Assembly (NCBI GenBank): GCA_024275415.1
Contig: JAJRZD010000016.1
Location: forward strand, 1 to 32,000
DNA length: 32,000 nucleotides
From: an archaeon
GTDB lineage: Archaea > Asgardarchaeota > Thorarchaeia > Thorarchaeales > Thorarchaeaceae
Direction: 5' to 3'
The position numbers were made by a program, and so were the translations under genes. Shown one piece after another: positions 17,067 through 25,654 of this stretch (positions within the stretch are counted from its first letter, which is position 1; each line of letters opens with the position of its first letter). The notes under the pieces are model-generated. The model did no database searches. It was given only the letters and a program-made list of their open reading frames with translations, and was not told the DNA's origin.

Positions 17067-18062
17067 TTACCTCCAGCACAAGGGATCCGGGATATCAAGT
17101 CTGCCTGTGGTTTCGAATGCAGCAGCACGACAACCGCCCCTACATATGTCAGCGAACTCACATGACACGCATTTTCCACTCACTCTCTTTTCTCTCCACT
17201 CGCGAAGAAATGGGGCATCATTCCATATCTCCTCTAATGTCCTTTCTCTCAGATTTCCAAGTATGTAATGGGTATACCCGCACGGCTGCACATCTCCAGT
17301 ACTTGCCACGAATGCCAATTTCTCTCCGCAATCACAACAATCGCTGTATTCTACAAACTCGCTCCCGAGCAAGAATGGGTATGATGGTGTCAGGAACTGT
17401 ACGTGCTCCCTCTCTATCTGTGAGTCAGATTTGATTGCTTCCAACAATGAAGTAACGGCAAACATATGCTGCTCACGGGAGAGGGTTTCATCTATGTTCT
17501 TGCCTCTACCTGATGGCACAAGAGGCTTGACAATTATCCCCTGCCCTCCTCGTTTCATCACAATGTGCAGAATCTCTCTTAGCTCATTGAAATTGAACGA
17601 GGTTATTGTGACCCTTGCATATACATCTATTCCTTTGCTGAAGCAATTTTCAATCGCACTCAGAGCTCGTTCGTGTGATCCCCTTGTCCCTCTAAATGAA
17701 TCGTGTTTTTCAGGTATGCTACTGTCGATACTGACCTGTACTCGGCCTAATCCAGCATCCTTCAGGCTCTTGGCCGTGGACATGTCCAAGAACCAGCCGT
17801 TCGTGTTGAGTGTCGTGACTACTGGGGTTTCTTTAATCTTATTCAGCATTCCTAGAACCAAGCTCAACCTTAGTAGAGGCTCTCCCCCAGTAAAGCTAAT
17901 GGCCTTCACAGCAGGATGCATCAATCTATCAAATAAACGCAAGAATTCGTCGTCTGTAAGTACATCGTCTGATTGTTTCTCATTTGCGGATGCAAAACAA
18001 TGTCTACAATACAGGTTACATCTGTTCGTCAACTGAATGCGAATATCTTCCGGGACTATCAA
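17067..18062 (-). CDS. Radical SAM enzyme with SPASM domain
   Basis: CNLYCRHC (CxxxCxxC), FTGGEPL, SID...HD.FRG, SPASM CDCG..QPC..CVSCEFADICRGGCRA..PLC. Confidence 0.92.
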   Translation of the reverse strand: MIVPEDIRIQLTNRCNLYCRHCFASANEKQSDDVLTDDEFLRLFDRLMHPAVKAISFTGGEPLLRLSLVLGMLNKIKETPVVTTLNTNGWFLDMSTAKSLKDAGLGRVQVSIDSSIPEKHDSFRGTRGSHERALSAIENCFSKGIDVYARVTITSFNFNELREILHIVMKRGGQGIIVKPLVPSGRGKNIDETLSREQHMFAVTSLLEAIKSDSQIEREHVQFLTPSYPFLLGSEFVEYSDCCDCGEKLAFVASTGDVQPCGYTHYILGNLRERTLEEIWNDAPFLREWREKRVSGKCVSCEFADICRGGCRAAAFETTGRLDIPDPLCWR

Positions 18063-18274
18063 GGCAAATCAGATCCTACTTGAGAAAATTTGTTGTTCCA
18101 AGCTTCGACACCCGTCCTGTTAACTCTGCATTATACCAATCCTGTTTCTATTATATATGAATGGAAATGGGAATTGGCTCACAGTCACAATTTTCCATCC
18201 GATTTGTTCGCAAAACATTTGAATCCGTCCAACTATATACTACGGCGGAAGACTTATTATTATGTCTAAATGGA

Positions 18275-18292
18275 TATATCTAACTAGATATA
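18275..18292. promoter_or_regulatory. Candidate operator (perfect 8-2-8 inverted repeat)
   Basis: TATATCTA-AC-TAGATATA immediately upstream of the ABC permease gene. Confidence 0.5.
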
Positions 18293-18299
18293 ATCGGAT

Positions 18300-19415
18300 G
18301 TGAACCAAATGTCGCTCGCACTGAGAAACCTATACCACCAGAAATCAAAGGTCGCAATCAGTATTGCCGGAGTCACACTGAGTGTTTTTCTAATTCTTAC
18401 AATGTCTGGACTCTACCTTGGATTCTCAACAATGATGGACAATATGGTGACACATTCTGGAGCAGATCTCTGGGTAACCTCGGAAGGCGCAAGTGGCTCC
18501 TTACACAGTCCCTCTCTGCTACCTCTCAATATCCGTGAGAATCTGTCCAATATTGAGGGAGTCGATACTGTTTCTCCACTCATCAGACAACCATTGTCCA
18601 CGACACTCAAAGATGACACGGTTCTCCTCTATATCAACGGATATGATACTGATACTGGAATGGGCGGGCCTTGGAGTATGGCATCCGGTAACTCAGACTT
18701 GGACGCAGGCGAGATTGTGATTGATAAGGTTTTGGCATCACAATATGGTTATGACATAGGCGACAACATTACAATTGAGGAGAAGGAATTCAAGATCATT
18801 GGCCTTTCTGACAAGTCGTACATCATGATAGCATACATCATCTTCCTTTCATTTGATGATGCGAAATCGTTCCTCCTCGAAGGAGTGACCAACTACTTCC
18901 TTGTTTCTGTTGCAGACGGATTCACAGATGAGGAGGTTAGCGCATCCATAGTTGACACGATTACAGACGTTTCGGTATCCACCACCTCTGAAACGGCAAA
19001 AGCATACAAAGATGAGGTCATAGGAGGTTTCATCCCTGTATTCTGGATGTTGAGCGGTATTGGTTATCTTGTGGGCATTCAAATCATTGGAGTCCTTATC
19101 CACAGCATCACAATGGAAAACTCAAAGGAATTTGGGATCCTCAAGGCCGTTGGAGCAACAAACTTCGACCTATACCGAGTTGTAGCTGTTCAAGCTTTTA
19201 TTATCTCAGCCTTGGGTTTCACTATAGGGTCCATCGTTGTTCCTGTACTCATATCCATCATTCAGACGTATGTCCCTGAGTTCGTTGTCGAGATTGACCT
19301 CCAAATGATAATGCAATCTTCATTTCTGGGCACTCTAACAGGACTGCTAACCTCTATCTTACCCGCGCGGAGGATTGCACAGATTGACCCAGCCCTCGTA
19401 TTCAAGGAGGTATAA
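18300..19415 (+). CDS. ABC transporter permease, FtsX/MacB family
   Basis: LALRNL..K.K..ISIAGV, GADLWV, periplasmic-type core domain, C-terminal KEFGILKAVGA and PARRIAQIDP. Start may be the ATG at 18309. Confidence 0.9.
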   Translation: MNQMSLALRNLYHQKSKVAISIAGVTLSVFLILTMSGLYLGFSTMMDNMVTHSGADLWVTSEGASGSLHSPSLLPLNIRENLSNIEGVDTVSPLIRQPLSTTLKDDTVLLYINGYDTDTGMGGPWSMASGNSDLDAGEIVIDKVLASQYGYDIGDNITIEEKEFKIIGLSDKSYIMIAYIIFLSFDDAKSFLLEGVTNYFLVSVADGFTDEEVSASIVDTITDVSVSTTSETAKAYKDEVIGGFIPVFWMLSGIGYLVGIQIIGVLIHSITMENSKEFGILKAVGATNFDLYRVVAVQAFIISALGFTIGSIVVPVLISIIQTYVPEFVVEIDLQMIMQSSFLGTLTGLLTSILPARRIAQIDPALVFKEV

Positions 19416-19418
19416 ACC

Positions 19419-20297
19419 ATGTCTAATCAGGATTCTCATTCTCTCGATCTTGTGGTAGAATTGGATCACGTAAGCAAAGTATACGGACATGATGCGTCCC
19501 GTGTTGTCGCTCTCGATGATACGATATTGCATGTAGAACGAGGAGAGATGGTCGTCATTATGGGCCCGTCAGGTTCTGGTAAGACAACGCTCATCCAAAT
19601 CATTGGAGCTCTCCTATCCCCTACAACAGGATGTGTGAAAATAAATGGAACAGATTTGGGTGAGCTTTCTGGTAAGAAGCTCTCAAAGCTACGCCTCCGA
19701 GACATCGGATTCATCTTCCAGAACCCAAATCTACTGGCTGCATTGACTGCCCGCAGGAATGTGGAGCTGGTTCTCAATCTAAACGGAATCAAGGGTGACC
19801 TTGCACGAGAAACAGCTTTAAGATTGTTGGATCGAGTAGGTCTATCAGGACGGACTAGACATCTCCCCGCCGAATTGAGCGGAGGGGAACAGCAAAGAGT
19901 CGCAATTGCTAGGGCATTGGCAAACAGTCCCTCATTGATTCTGGCTGACGAACCAACTGCAAATCTAGATTCTAAGACAGGACACAAGATAATAGAGATG
20001 ATGAAGGATATCACCAAGACCGAGGAGAGAACCGTCATCATTGCCACGCACGACCTGCGGATACGCGACGTGGCAGACCGTGTACTCTGGCTGGAAGACG
20101 GACGCCTGAGTTCTCACTGGTCAAACGGATACGCGATTGATCCGGTGTGTTTGATGCTTATCGGGAAATTGACTAAGACCACATCTGAAGTCGAGGAAGA
20201 TGTATACCATTTCTGCTCGGAATCATGCATGCGGGAGTTCACAAAGGATCCCCAGAAATACATTGAACGTAGCAAATTGGGACGTATCTCCCACTGA
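19419..20297 (+). CDS. LolD/MacB-type ABC ATPase with C-terminal TRASH/YHS domain
   Basis: GPSGSGKT, LSGGEQQRVAIARAL, ADEPT, ATHD, followed by DPVC-x21-CSESC..F..DPQKY. Confidence 0.9.
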   Translation: MSNQDSHSLDLVVELDHVSKVYGHDASRVVALDDTILHVERGEMVVIMGPSGSGKTTLIQIIGALLSPTTGCVKINGTDLGELSGKKLSKLRLRDIGFIFQNPNLLAALTARRNVELVLNLNGIKGDLARETALRLLDRVGLSGRTRHLPAELSGGEQQRVAIARALANSPSLILADEPTANLDSKTGHKIIEMMKDITKTEERTVIIATHDLRIRDVADRVLWLEDGRLSSHWSNGYAIDPVCLMLIGKLTKTTSEVEEDVYHFCSESCMREFTKDPQKYIERSKLGRISH

Positions 20298-20520
20298 ATG
20301 ACATCCATCAGGCCAACATCAGCCAAATTACATCGTAGTTATCATCTAGGATGGATACAGATATAATGCCATTGCAAACCACTTACAAACACAGAGTCAT
20401 TTTGGTTCTTGAGGCGTATATTGGTCGGTTACCGGTATCATCCATCTCATTCTTATTGTGTCTATATGCCATTCTTTTTGATAAGCAATGTATAATACTA
20501 TATTACCACTTTCCTGAACC

Positions 20521-20534
20521 GGTGACATGTCACC
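20521..20534. promoter_or_regulatory. Perfect 14-bp palindrome upstream of copZ-like/ATPase operon
   Basis: GGTGACATGTCACC, downstream of AT-rich TATAATACTATATTA (20491-20505). Confidence 0.4.
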
Positions 20535-20556
20535 CCTCTCTAGGAGATATCACACT

Positions 20557-20808
20557 TTGACTAGCATCCACCAGACGAAGTTCATCATCAAACAGAAGGC
20601 AATCCATTGTGCAAGCTGTGAGAATAGAATACGCACTGTATTAGGTTCGATTCCTGGAATTCTGGTAGTGACAGCAAGCCATTCAACTCAGGAGGTTATG
20701 GTAAGCTATGACCAATCTCAAATTGACGCAGAAAGCATCATGCAAGTTCTTGATCGGATGGGCTTTCCCGCATCCTATTCCAGCGAAGGCGGTTCCGAGG
20801 AGCAATAG
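20557..20808 (+). CDS. HMA-domain metallochaperone (CopZ-like)
   Basis: IHCASC..I...L..IPGI in a ~83-aa HMA fold. The TTG at 20557 follows GGAGA (ORF track starts at 20527). Confidence 0.8.
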   Translation: MTSIHQTKFIIKQKAIHCASCENRIRTVLGSIPGILVVTASHSTQEVMVSYDQSQIDAESIMQVLDRMGFPASYSSEGGSEEQ

Positions 20809-23025
20809 GTGGGCAAGGATATGACCGATGATTCAGGCATAAACGCAGTCACTGATAAGCTGCTTGTCAATCTTGGAGGACTCCAGTGTTCATTCTGTGT
20901 GGGGAGTATCAGGCAGGCAGTTCTGAGAATGGATGGGATCAAAGACGTATCCGTGAGCTTGAGCCATGAAAAAGCGCTCATAGAATATGACCCTGCAGTT
21001 CAGACCCCGGATGCCATTAAGGGAACTCTGAAGAGTATCGGTTTCACCATCAGAGATCCAGATAAGTTACGCAGTTTTGAAGAGGAAGCAGAAGAGATTT
21101 CTCGTGAGAAGAAACGTCTCATCGTAACTGGAATCCTGACTTTCATCGGTGTTGCTTTGATGGTGCTGATGTGGATCGGCTTTTCAATTCCCTTTGGACC
21201 CAGCATAATGCTTTCCTTGGCACTCTTGACAATGTTTGGTCCTGGCTTATACATCATGCGGATGGCTGGAGCGTCTTTGAGAAGAGGAATACTGAATCAG
21301 CATGTTCTCCTCGAAGCTGCAGCCTTCGGAGGTCTGCTGGGAGGCATCATCGGTACGATGACCCAGCCATGGCCCATCATGGACTTCTTTGCAGTATCGG
21401 TATTTGTGACCGCATATCATATCCTCTCTGGCTATGTATCTCTTAGCGTCCGAGCGCGTTCGTCACAGGCAATCAAGAAGCTCATGGATCTCCAACCAGC
21501 AACAGCCCGTGTCATTGGCCCTGACGATGTTGAAACTGAGATCCCGATTGAGGATGTAGAGCAGGGCTGTCTTGTCAAGGTGTTGCCAGGCGAACGCATC
21601 CCTGTCGATGGCATAGTACGAACTGGGGTGTCTTCAGTTGATGAAAGCCTTGTCACCGGTGAGCCACTCCCAGCCCCAAAAGAGAGAGGCGACGAGGTGA
21701 TTGGAGGTTCGATGAACCAGAGAGGTTTCCTCATTATCGAAGTGACTAAAGTAGGGGAAGAATCCTTTCTACAGCAAATTGCGAACCATATCCGCGAAGC
21801 ACGAGCACTCAAGCCTGACATCGTCATTCTAGTTGACCGCGTTCTGAAGTATTTCGTCCGTGGTGTGCTCTTGGCTGCATTTGGGGCGTTTATCTTCTGG
21901 ACTTTTGGTGCTTGGATACTTTTCGGCGTTCCAAATCTTGAATTGGGTGTTTTTGCGACTCTAGCTGTCCTTGTCATGGGCTATCCTTGTGCCCTTGGGA
22001 TGGCGACCCCCCTCGCTCTGATTCGAGGAAGTGGGCAGGCCGCTCAAAGAGGAGTGTTGATCCGGTCAGGAGAGGCATTTCAGGCATTCAAGGATGTCCG
22101 AAGTATCGCTTTTGATAAGACTGGCACGCTCACTCTGGGACAACCTAGTGTGATAGAAATCGTAGCCGTCAATGGGTTCACAGAATCGGAGGTTCTATCT
22201 TATGCAGCTAGTCTAGAAACAAACTCCGAGCATCCCCTGGCCCGTGCTGTTATTGAAAGAGCCGTCAATGATGATGTGCGATTGGGTCCAGCCACCGCCT
22301 TCGAAGCAGTCCCTGGAAAGGGTGTGCGTGGGTACGTGATGGATGCAGCCGTACTTGTGGGGAGTCCAACATTCCTTGAAACGGAAAGCGTGCGAATGAG
22401 CGATTCTTCCGAGCAGATAGAAATGATACAGAAAGCGGGTTTGACTGTAATTGCTGTCAGTGTGAACAAAACATTGGCAGGTATGGTTGCTATCGGTGAC
22501 CCTCTCAAAGATGATGCAAAGGAAACAGTTATCGGATTGCAGGCAAAGGGCATTGAACCTGTCATGGTCACAGGAGATAATGAACGCACCGCCCATGCGA
22601 TTGCAGAACAATTGGGGATCGCCGAGGTACACGCCGGGGTATTACCACATGAAAAGACCGTAATGATCAGGAGCCTTCAGAAGCATGGCAATCGGGTTGC
22701 GATGGTCGGTGACGGGATTAATGACGCACCGGCACTCATGCAATCAGATATTGGGATTGCAATTGGTGCAGGGAGTGATATCGCAATAGAGTCTGCTGAT
22801 ATCGTGATTGTGGGCGATAGACTGAAGGGTGTGATTGATGCGTACGATGTTTGCAGGTCTAGCTATAGAAAGACTGTTCAGAATGTGTCACTTGCGTTCT
22901 TGTTCAACGGAATTGGCATACCCTTTGCAGTAGCGGGGCTGCTACATCCGGTATGGGCAATGATTGCCATGGCTGGAAGCGTCACAGCAGTCCTGATGAA
23001 CTCATTCATTCGATTTAAGAAGTGA
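20809..23025 (+). CDS. P1B-type heavy-metal ATPase, CopA-like with non-canonical YPC motif
   Basis: N-terminal HMA (QCSFC), TGE, YPCALG, FDKTGT, SEHP, GDGIND, TM7 FN, TM8 MAGS. Confidence 0.9.
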   Translation: MGKDMTDDSGINAVTDKLLVNLGGLQCSFCVGSIRQAVLRMDGIKDVSVSLSHEKALIEYDPAVQTPDAIKGTLKSIGFTIRDPDKLRSFEEEAEEISREKKRLIVTGILTFIGVALMVLMWIGFSIPFGPSIMLSLALLTMFGPGLYIMRMAGASLRRGILNQHVLLEAAAFGGLLGGIIGTMTQPWPIMDFFAVSVFVTAYHILSGYVSLSVRARSSQAIKKLMDLQPATARVIGPDDVETEIPIEDVEQGCLVKVLPGERIPVDGIVRTGVSSVDESLVTGEPLPAPKERGDEVIGGSMNQRGFLIIEVTKVGEESFLQQIANHIREARALKPDIVILVDRVLKYFVRGVLLAAFGAFIFWTFGAWILFGVPNLELGVFATLAVLVMGYPCALGMATPLALIRGSGQAAQRGVLIRSGEAFQAFKDVRSIAFDKTGTLTLGQPSVIEIVAVNGFTESEVLSYAASLETNSEHPLARAVIERAVNDDVRLGPATAFEAVPGKGVRGYVMDAAVLVGSPTFLETESVRMSDSSEQIEMIQKAGLTVIAVSVNKTLAGMVAIGDPLKDDAKETVIGLQAKGIEPVMVTGDNERTAHAIAEQLGIAEVHAGVLPHEKTVMIRSLQKHGNRVAMVGDGINDAPALMQSDIGIAIGAGSDIAIESADIVIVGDRLKGVIDAYDVCRSSYRKTVQNVSLAFLFNGIGIPFAVAGLLHPVWAMIAMAGSVTAVLMNSFIRFKK

Positions 23026-23114
23026 GGACTCCTTATGGACGTTATTGGTTATTCGGCGTTTTCCGTCAGCGGCCGACTACACGATCCATAAAGACACATC
23101 TGGCAATTACCACA

Positions 23115-25040
23115 TCAATTCTTGGCAACTCGAAGACCATTAGCAACAGCCATCAGCTCTGAAGTTTCATGAAATGTTATTGCTACAGCCGGGGTCAAAA
23201 TTCCAATGAGAGCAGCTGGGATCAAAAGAGCGAGCACCATCAGTGAGAACGCGATGTTCTGACGGCTGATTCGTCGGGCTTTCTTGCCCAAGTTTATCGA
23301 ATAGCATACAGACCTGAGATCATCCCCTACGAGGGCGACGTCAGCAGCTTCAATGGCGGCATCAGTCCCTCCCGTTCCCATTGCTATCCCCAACGTAGCA
23401 TGAGCTAATGCAGGAGCGTCATTTATCCCATCACCCACCATTGCAACAGCCCCATATTCACTCTTGAGTTGGGCTATAGCCTCAACTTTGTCGTCTGGCT
23501 TGAGCTTTGCCTTCACATCATTGATGCCCAGTTCCGCTGCAATTGCACTTGCGGTTCTCTCGTTATCTCCGGTAAGCATGTATGTCTTCACTCCCATCCT
23601 CCGTAGTTCGTCAAGAATCTCTCGCGATTCTGGCCTTATCTCATCGCGAATTGCAATGACCCCCGAAATGCTGCTCGCATCGCCCACAAAGACAACAGTC
23701 TTGCCTTCATTTCTCAGCCGTTCGATATCAGGAATGTCCGGGTTTGCTATTCCCATGCTGTCGAACATATCCGAGGTTCCTACGTACACATCCCTGTCCG
23801 AGATAGTTGCTCTTACTCCAGCTCCAATCAGAGATTTGAAGTCTGTGGCATCCATCGGCTCTAGCCCACTCTCTACAGCCTTGTCTACAATTGCCTTAGC
23901 TAAGGGATGCTCTGAGAACCTCTCCACACTATATGCCATACGCAGGATTTCAGACTCACTGCCGTTGACTGGTACGATGTCTGTCACCGCGGGCTTTCCG
24001 CGAGTCAATGTCCCTGTCTTATCAAATGCTACCATCCTTATCTTTCCTAAATTCTCAAGATGGATTCCACCTTTGATGAGCACTCCCCTCTGACCCGCCG
24101 ATCCAATACCTGCTGCAATTGCGATTGGTGTGGACATGATTAGCGCACATGGTGCAGATGCAATCAATAGCACCACCGCTCTCAGACCCCAGTATGTAGG
24201 CTCCGCCCCTAGGGAAACTGGGATCATGAACAAGAGAACTGCGCTTATCAAGACGACTGGAGTATATTTGTTACCAAATCTCTCGATGAAAAGCTGAGCT
24301 TCCCCTTTTTGTCCCTGAGCTCTCTCGACAAGATGGATTATCCTTGAGAGCGTGTTATCTGCAAAGGCTGTTGTGACCTCAATCTCAAGTGCACCCTCTT
24401 GGTTAATCGTTCCTGCAAAGACTGACTCTCCGACTCCCTTTTCAACGGGGATAGATTCGCCTGTCACAGCAGCCTCATCAATACTCGATTCTCCTTTTCG
24501 AATCACGCCGTCGGTTGGAATGGACTCGCCAGGTCTCACGAGAAATATATCCCCGATGGACAATTCTTCTGCAGGAATCAAAACCTCGGTTCCGTTTCGA
24601 AGAACTCTGGCTGTTTCAGGTACAAGGTCGAGGAGCTTTCTTATCGACGTTCTGGTTTTCTCATAGGCATATTCTTCCACGCCCTCTGCAGCACCATATA
24701 GGACCACCAGAAATGCCGCCTCATCCCATAGCCACAAGATGGCAGAGCCAATAGTGGCTGTCATCATCAGGATTTCGATCCCCACCTTTTTCTCTTTGTA
24801 GAGTTCCTCCGTCCCTTCGCGAATCCAGTGGTATCCTCCCAAAATAATGGCAACGAGGAATAGCCCAATCTCTATCCCCTCAGATAGGAGTCCCACATGG
24901 AATGAAATGAACCCTATCCCTGTAATTAAGGCTGCAAGCGATGCATTGCGTAATGGTGGATACGCATCCCACCACTTTTTCATTTTCCCTTTCGACCCAT
25001 TCACATCGGTGATATCTGATATCGGTTCGGTTTCTTTCAA
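23115..25040 (-). CDS. P1B-type ATPase, P1B-4-like (Co/Zn/Fe candidate)
   Basis: No N-terminal HMA. TGES, APCAL, FDKTGT, SEHP, GDGIND, TM8 HETSE. Confidence 0.88.
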   Translation of the reverse strand: MKETEPISDITDVNGSKGKMKKWWDAYPPLRNASLAALITGIGFISFHVGLLSEGIEIGLFLVAIILGGYHWIREGTEELYKEKKVGIEILMMTATIGSAILWLWDEAAFLVVLYGAAEGVEEYAYEKTRTSIRKLLDLVPETARVLRNGTEVLIPAEELSIGDIFLVRPGESIPTDGVIRKGESSIDEAAVTGESIPVEKGVGESVFAGTINQEGALEIEVTTAFADNTLSRIIHLVERAQGQKGEAQLFIERFGNKYTPVVLISAVLLFMIPVSLGAEPTYWGLRAVVLLIASAPCALIMSTPIAIAAGIGSAGQRGVLIKGGIHLENLGKIRMVAFDKTGTLTRGKPAVTDIVPVNGSESEILRMAYSVERFSEHPLAKAIVDKAVESGLEPMDATDFKSLIGAGVRATISDRDVYVGTSDMFDSMGIANPDIPDIERLRNEGKTVVFVGDASSISGVIAIRDEIRPESREILDELRRMGVKTYMLTGDNERTASAIAAELGINDVKAKLKPDDKVEAIAQLKSEYGAVAMVGDGINDAPALAHATLGIAMGTGGTDAAIEAADVALVGDDLRSVCYSINLGKKARRISRQNIAFSLMVLALLIPAALIGILTPAVAITFHETSELMAVANGLRVAKN

Positions 25041-25241
25041 CTGGAATCACACTCCTTTGTAACACTGTCCTCGCATCTGCTTCCCGTTTAGGATCGAGGT
25101 TGATTCCCGAAGGTTGTTCTGATAGTGATGTAGAGATTTCATTTGTTACATCGCTACGTGTTGCACCCTCGACTGTAAAGTCCTAGGCTGACTCGGGCTT
25201 GGATTAAAGGCTGGCATTGTGACGACTTGCTCCTCAAATCC

Positions 25242-25652
25242 CTATTGTGCTGAACCAATGAATGACTCTGGTTTTTCATCAAAGGCGTCTTTACAGGACT
25301 TGGAGCAGAAATAGTAGCGCGTACCATCAAAATCGCTATGTGGCTGTTTATCATCGATATGAACAGGCATTTGGCAAACAGGATCCATAGATGACAGTTC
25401 TGTGTCTGTCGTATGTGGCATCAAACTGTCCGCAATTGCAGACTTTACAATCTTCTCAATTTCGTTTGAGCCAAATGCATCCGTGGCATACTCTACCTGA
25501 ACCTCGTCAAACTGTGGACTGACCTTCACGCTATGGATTCCCTTACGTGAAAGCAAAGTCTTTGTTAGCACAGCCACGCAGGCTGTGCAATAGACACCAT
25601 GCATTTTCATTGAAAAAGACATGTGACTACCATCCGACTTTTCACTATCCAT
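25242..25652 (-). CDS. HMA + TRASH/YHS two-domain metal-binding protein
   Basis: GVYCTAC HMA domain followed by DPVC-x22-CSKSC..AF. Confidence 0.8.
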   Translation of the reverse strand: MDSEKSDGSHMSFSMKMHGVYCTACVAVLTKTLLSRKGIHSVKVSPQFDEVQVEYATDAFGSNEIEKIVKSAIADSLMPHTTDTELSSMDPVCQMPVHIDDKQPHSDFDGTRYYFCSKSCKDAFDEKPESFIGSAQ

Positions 25653-25654
25653 TC

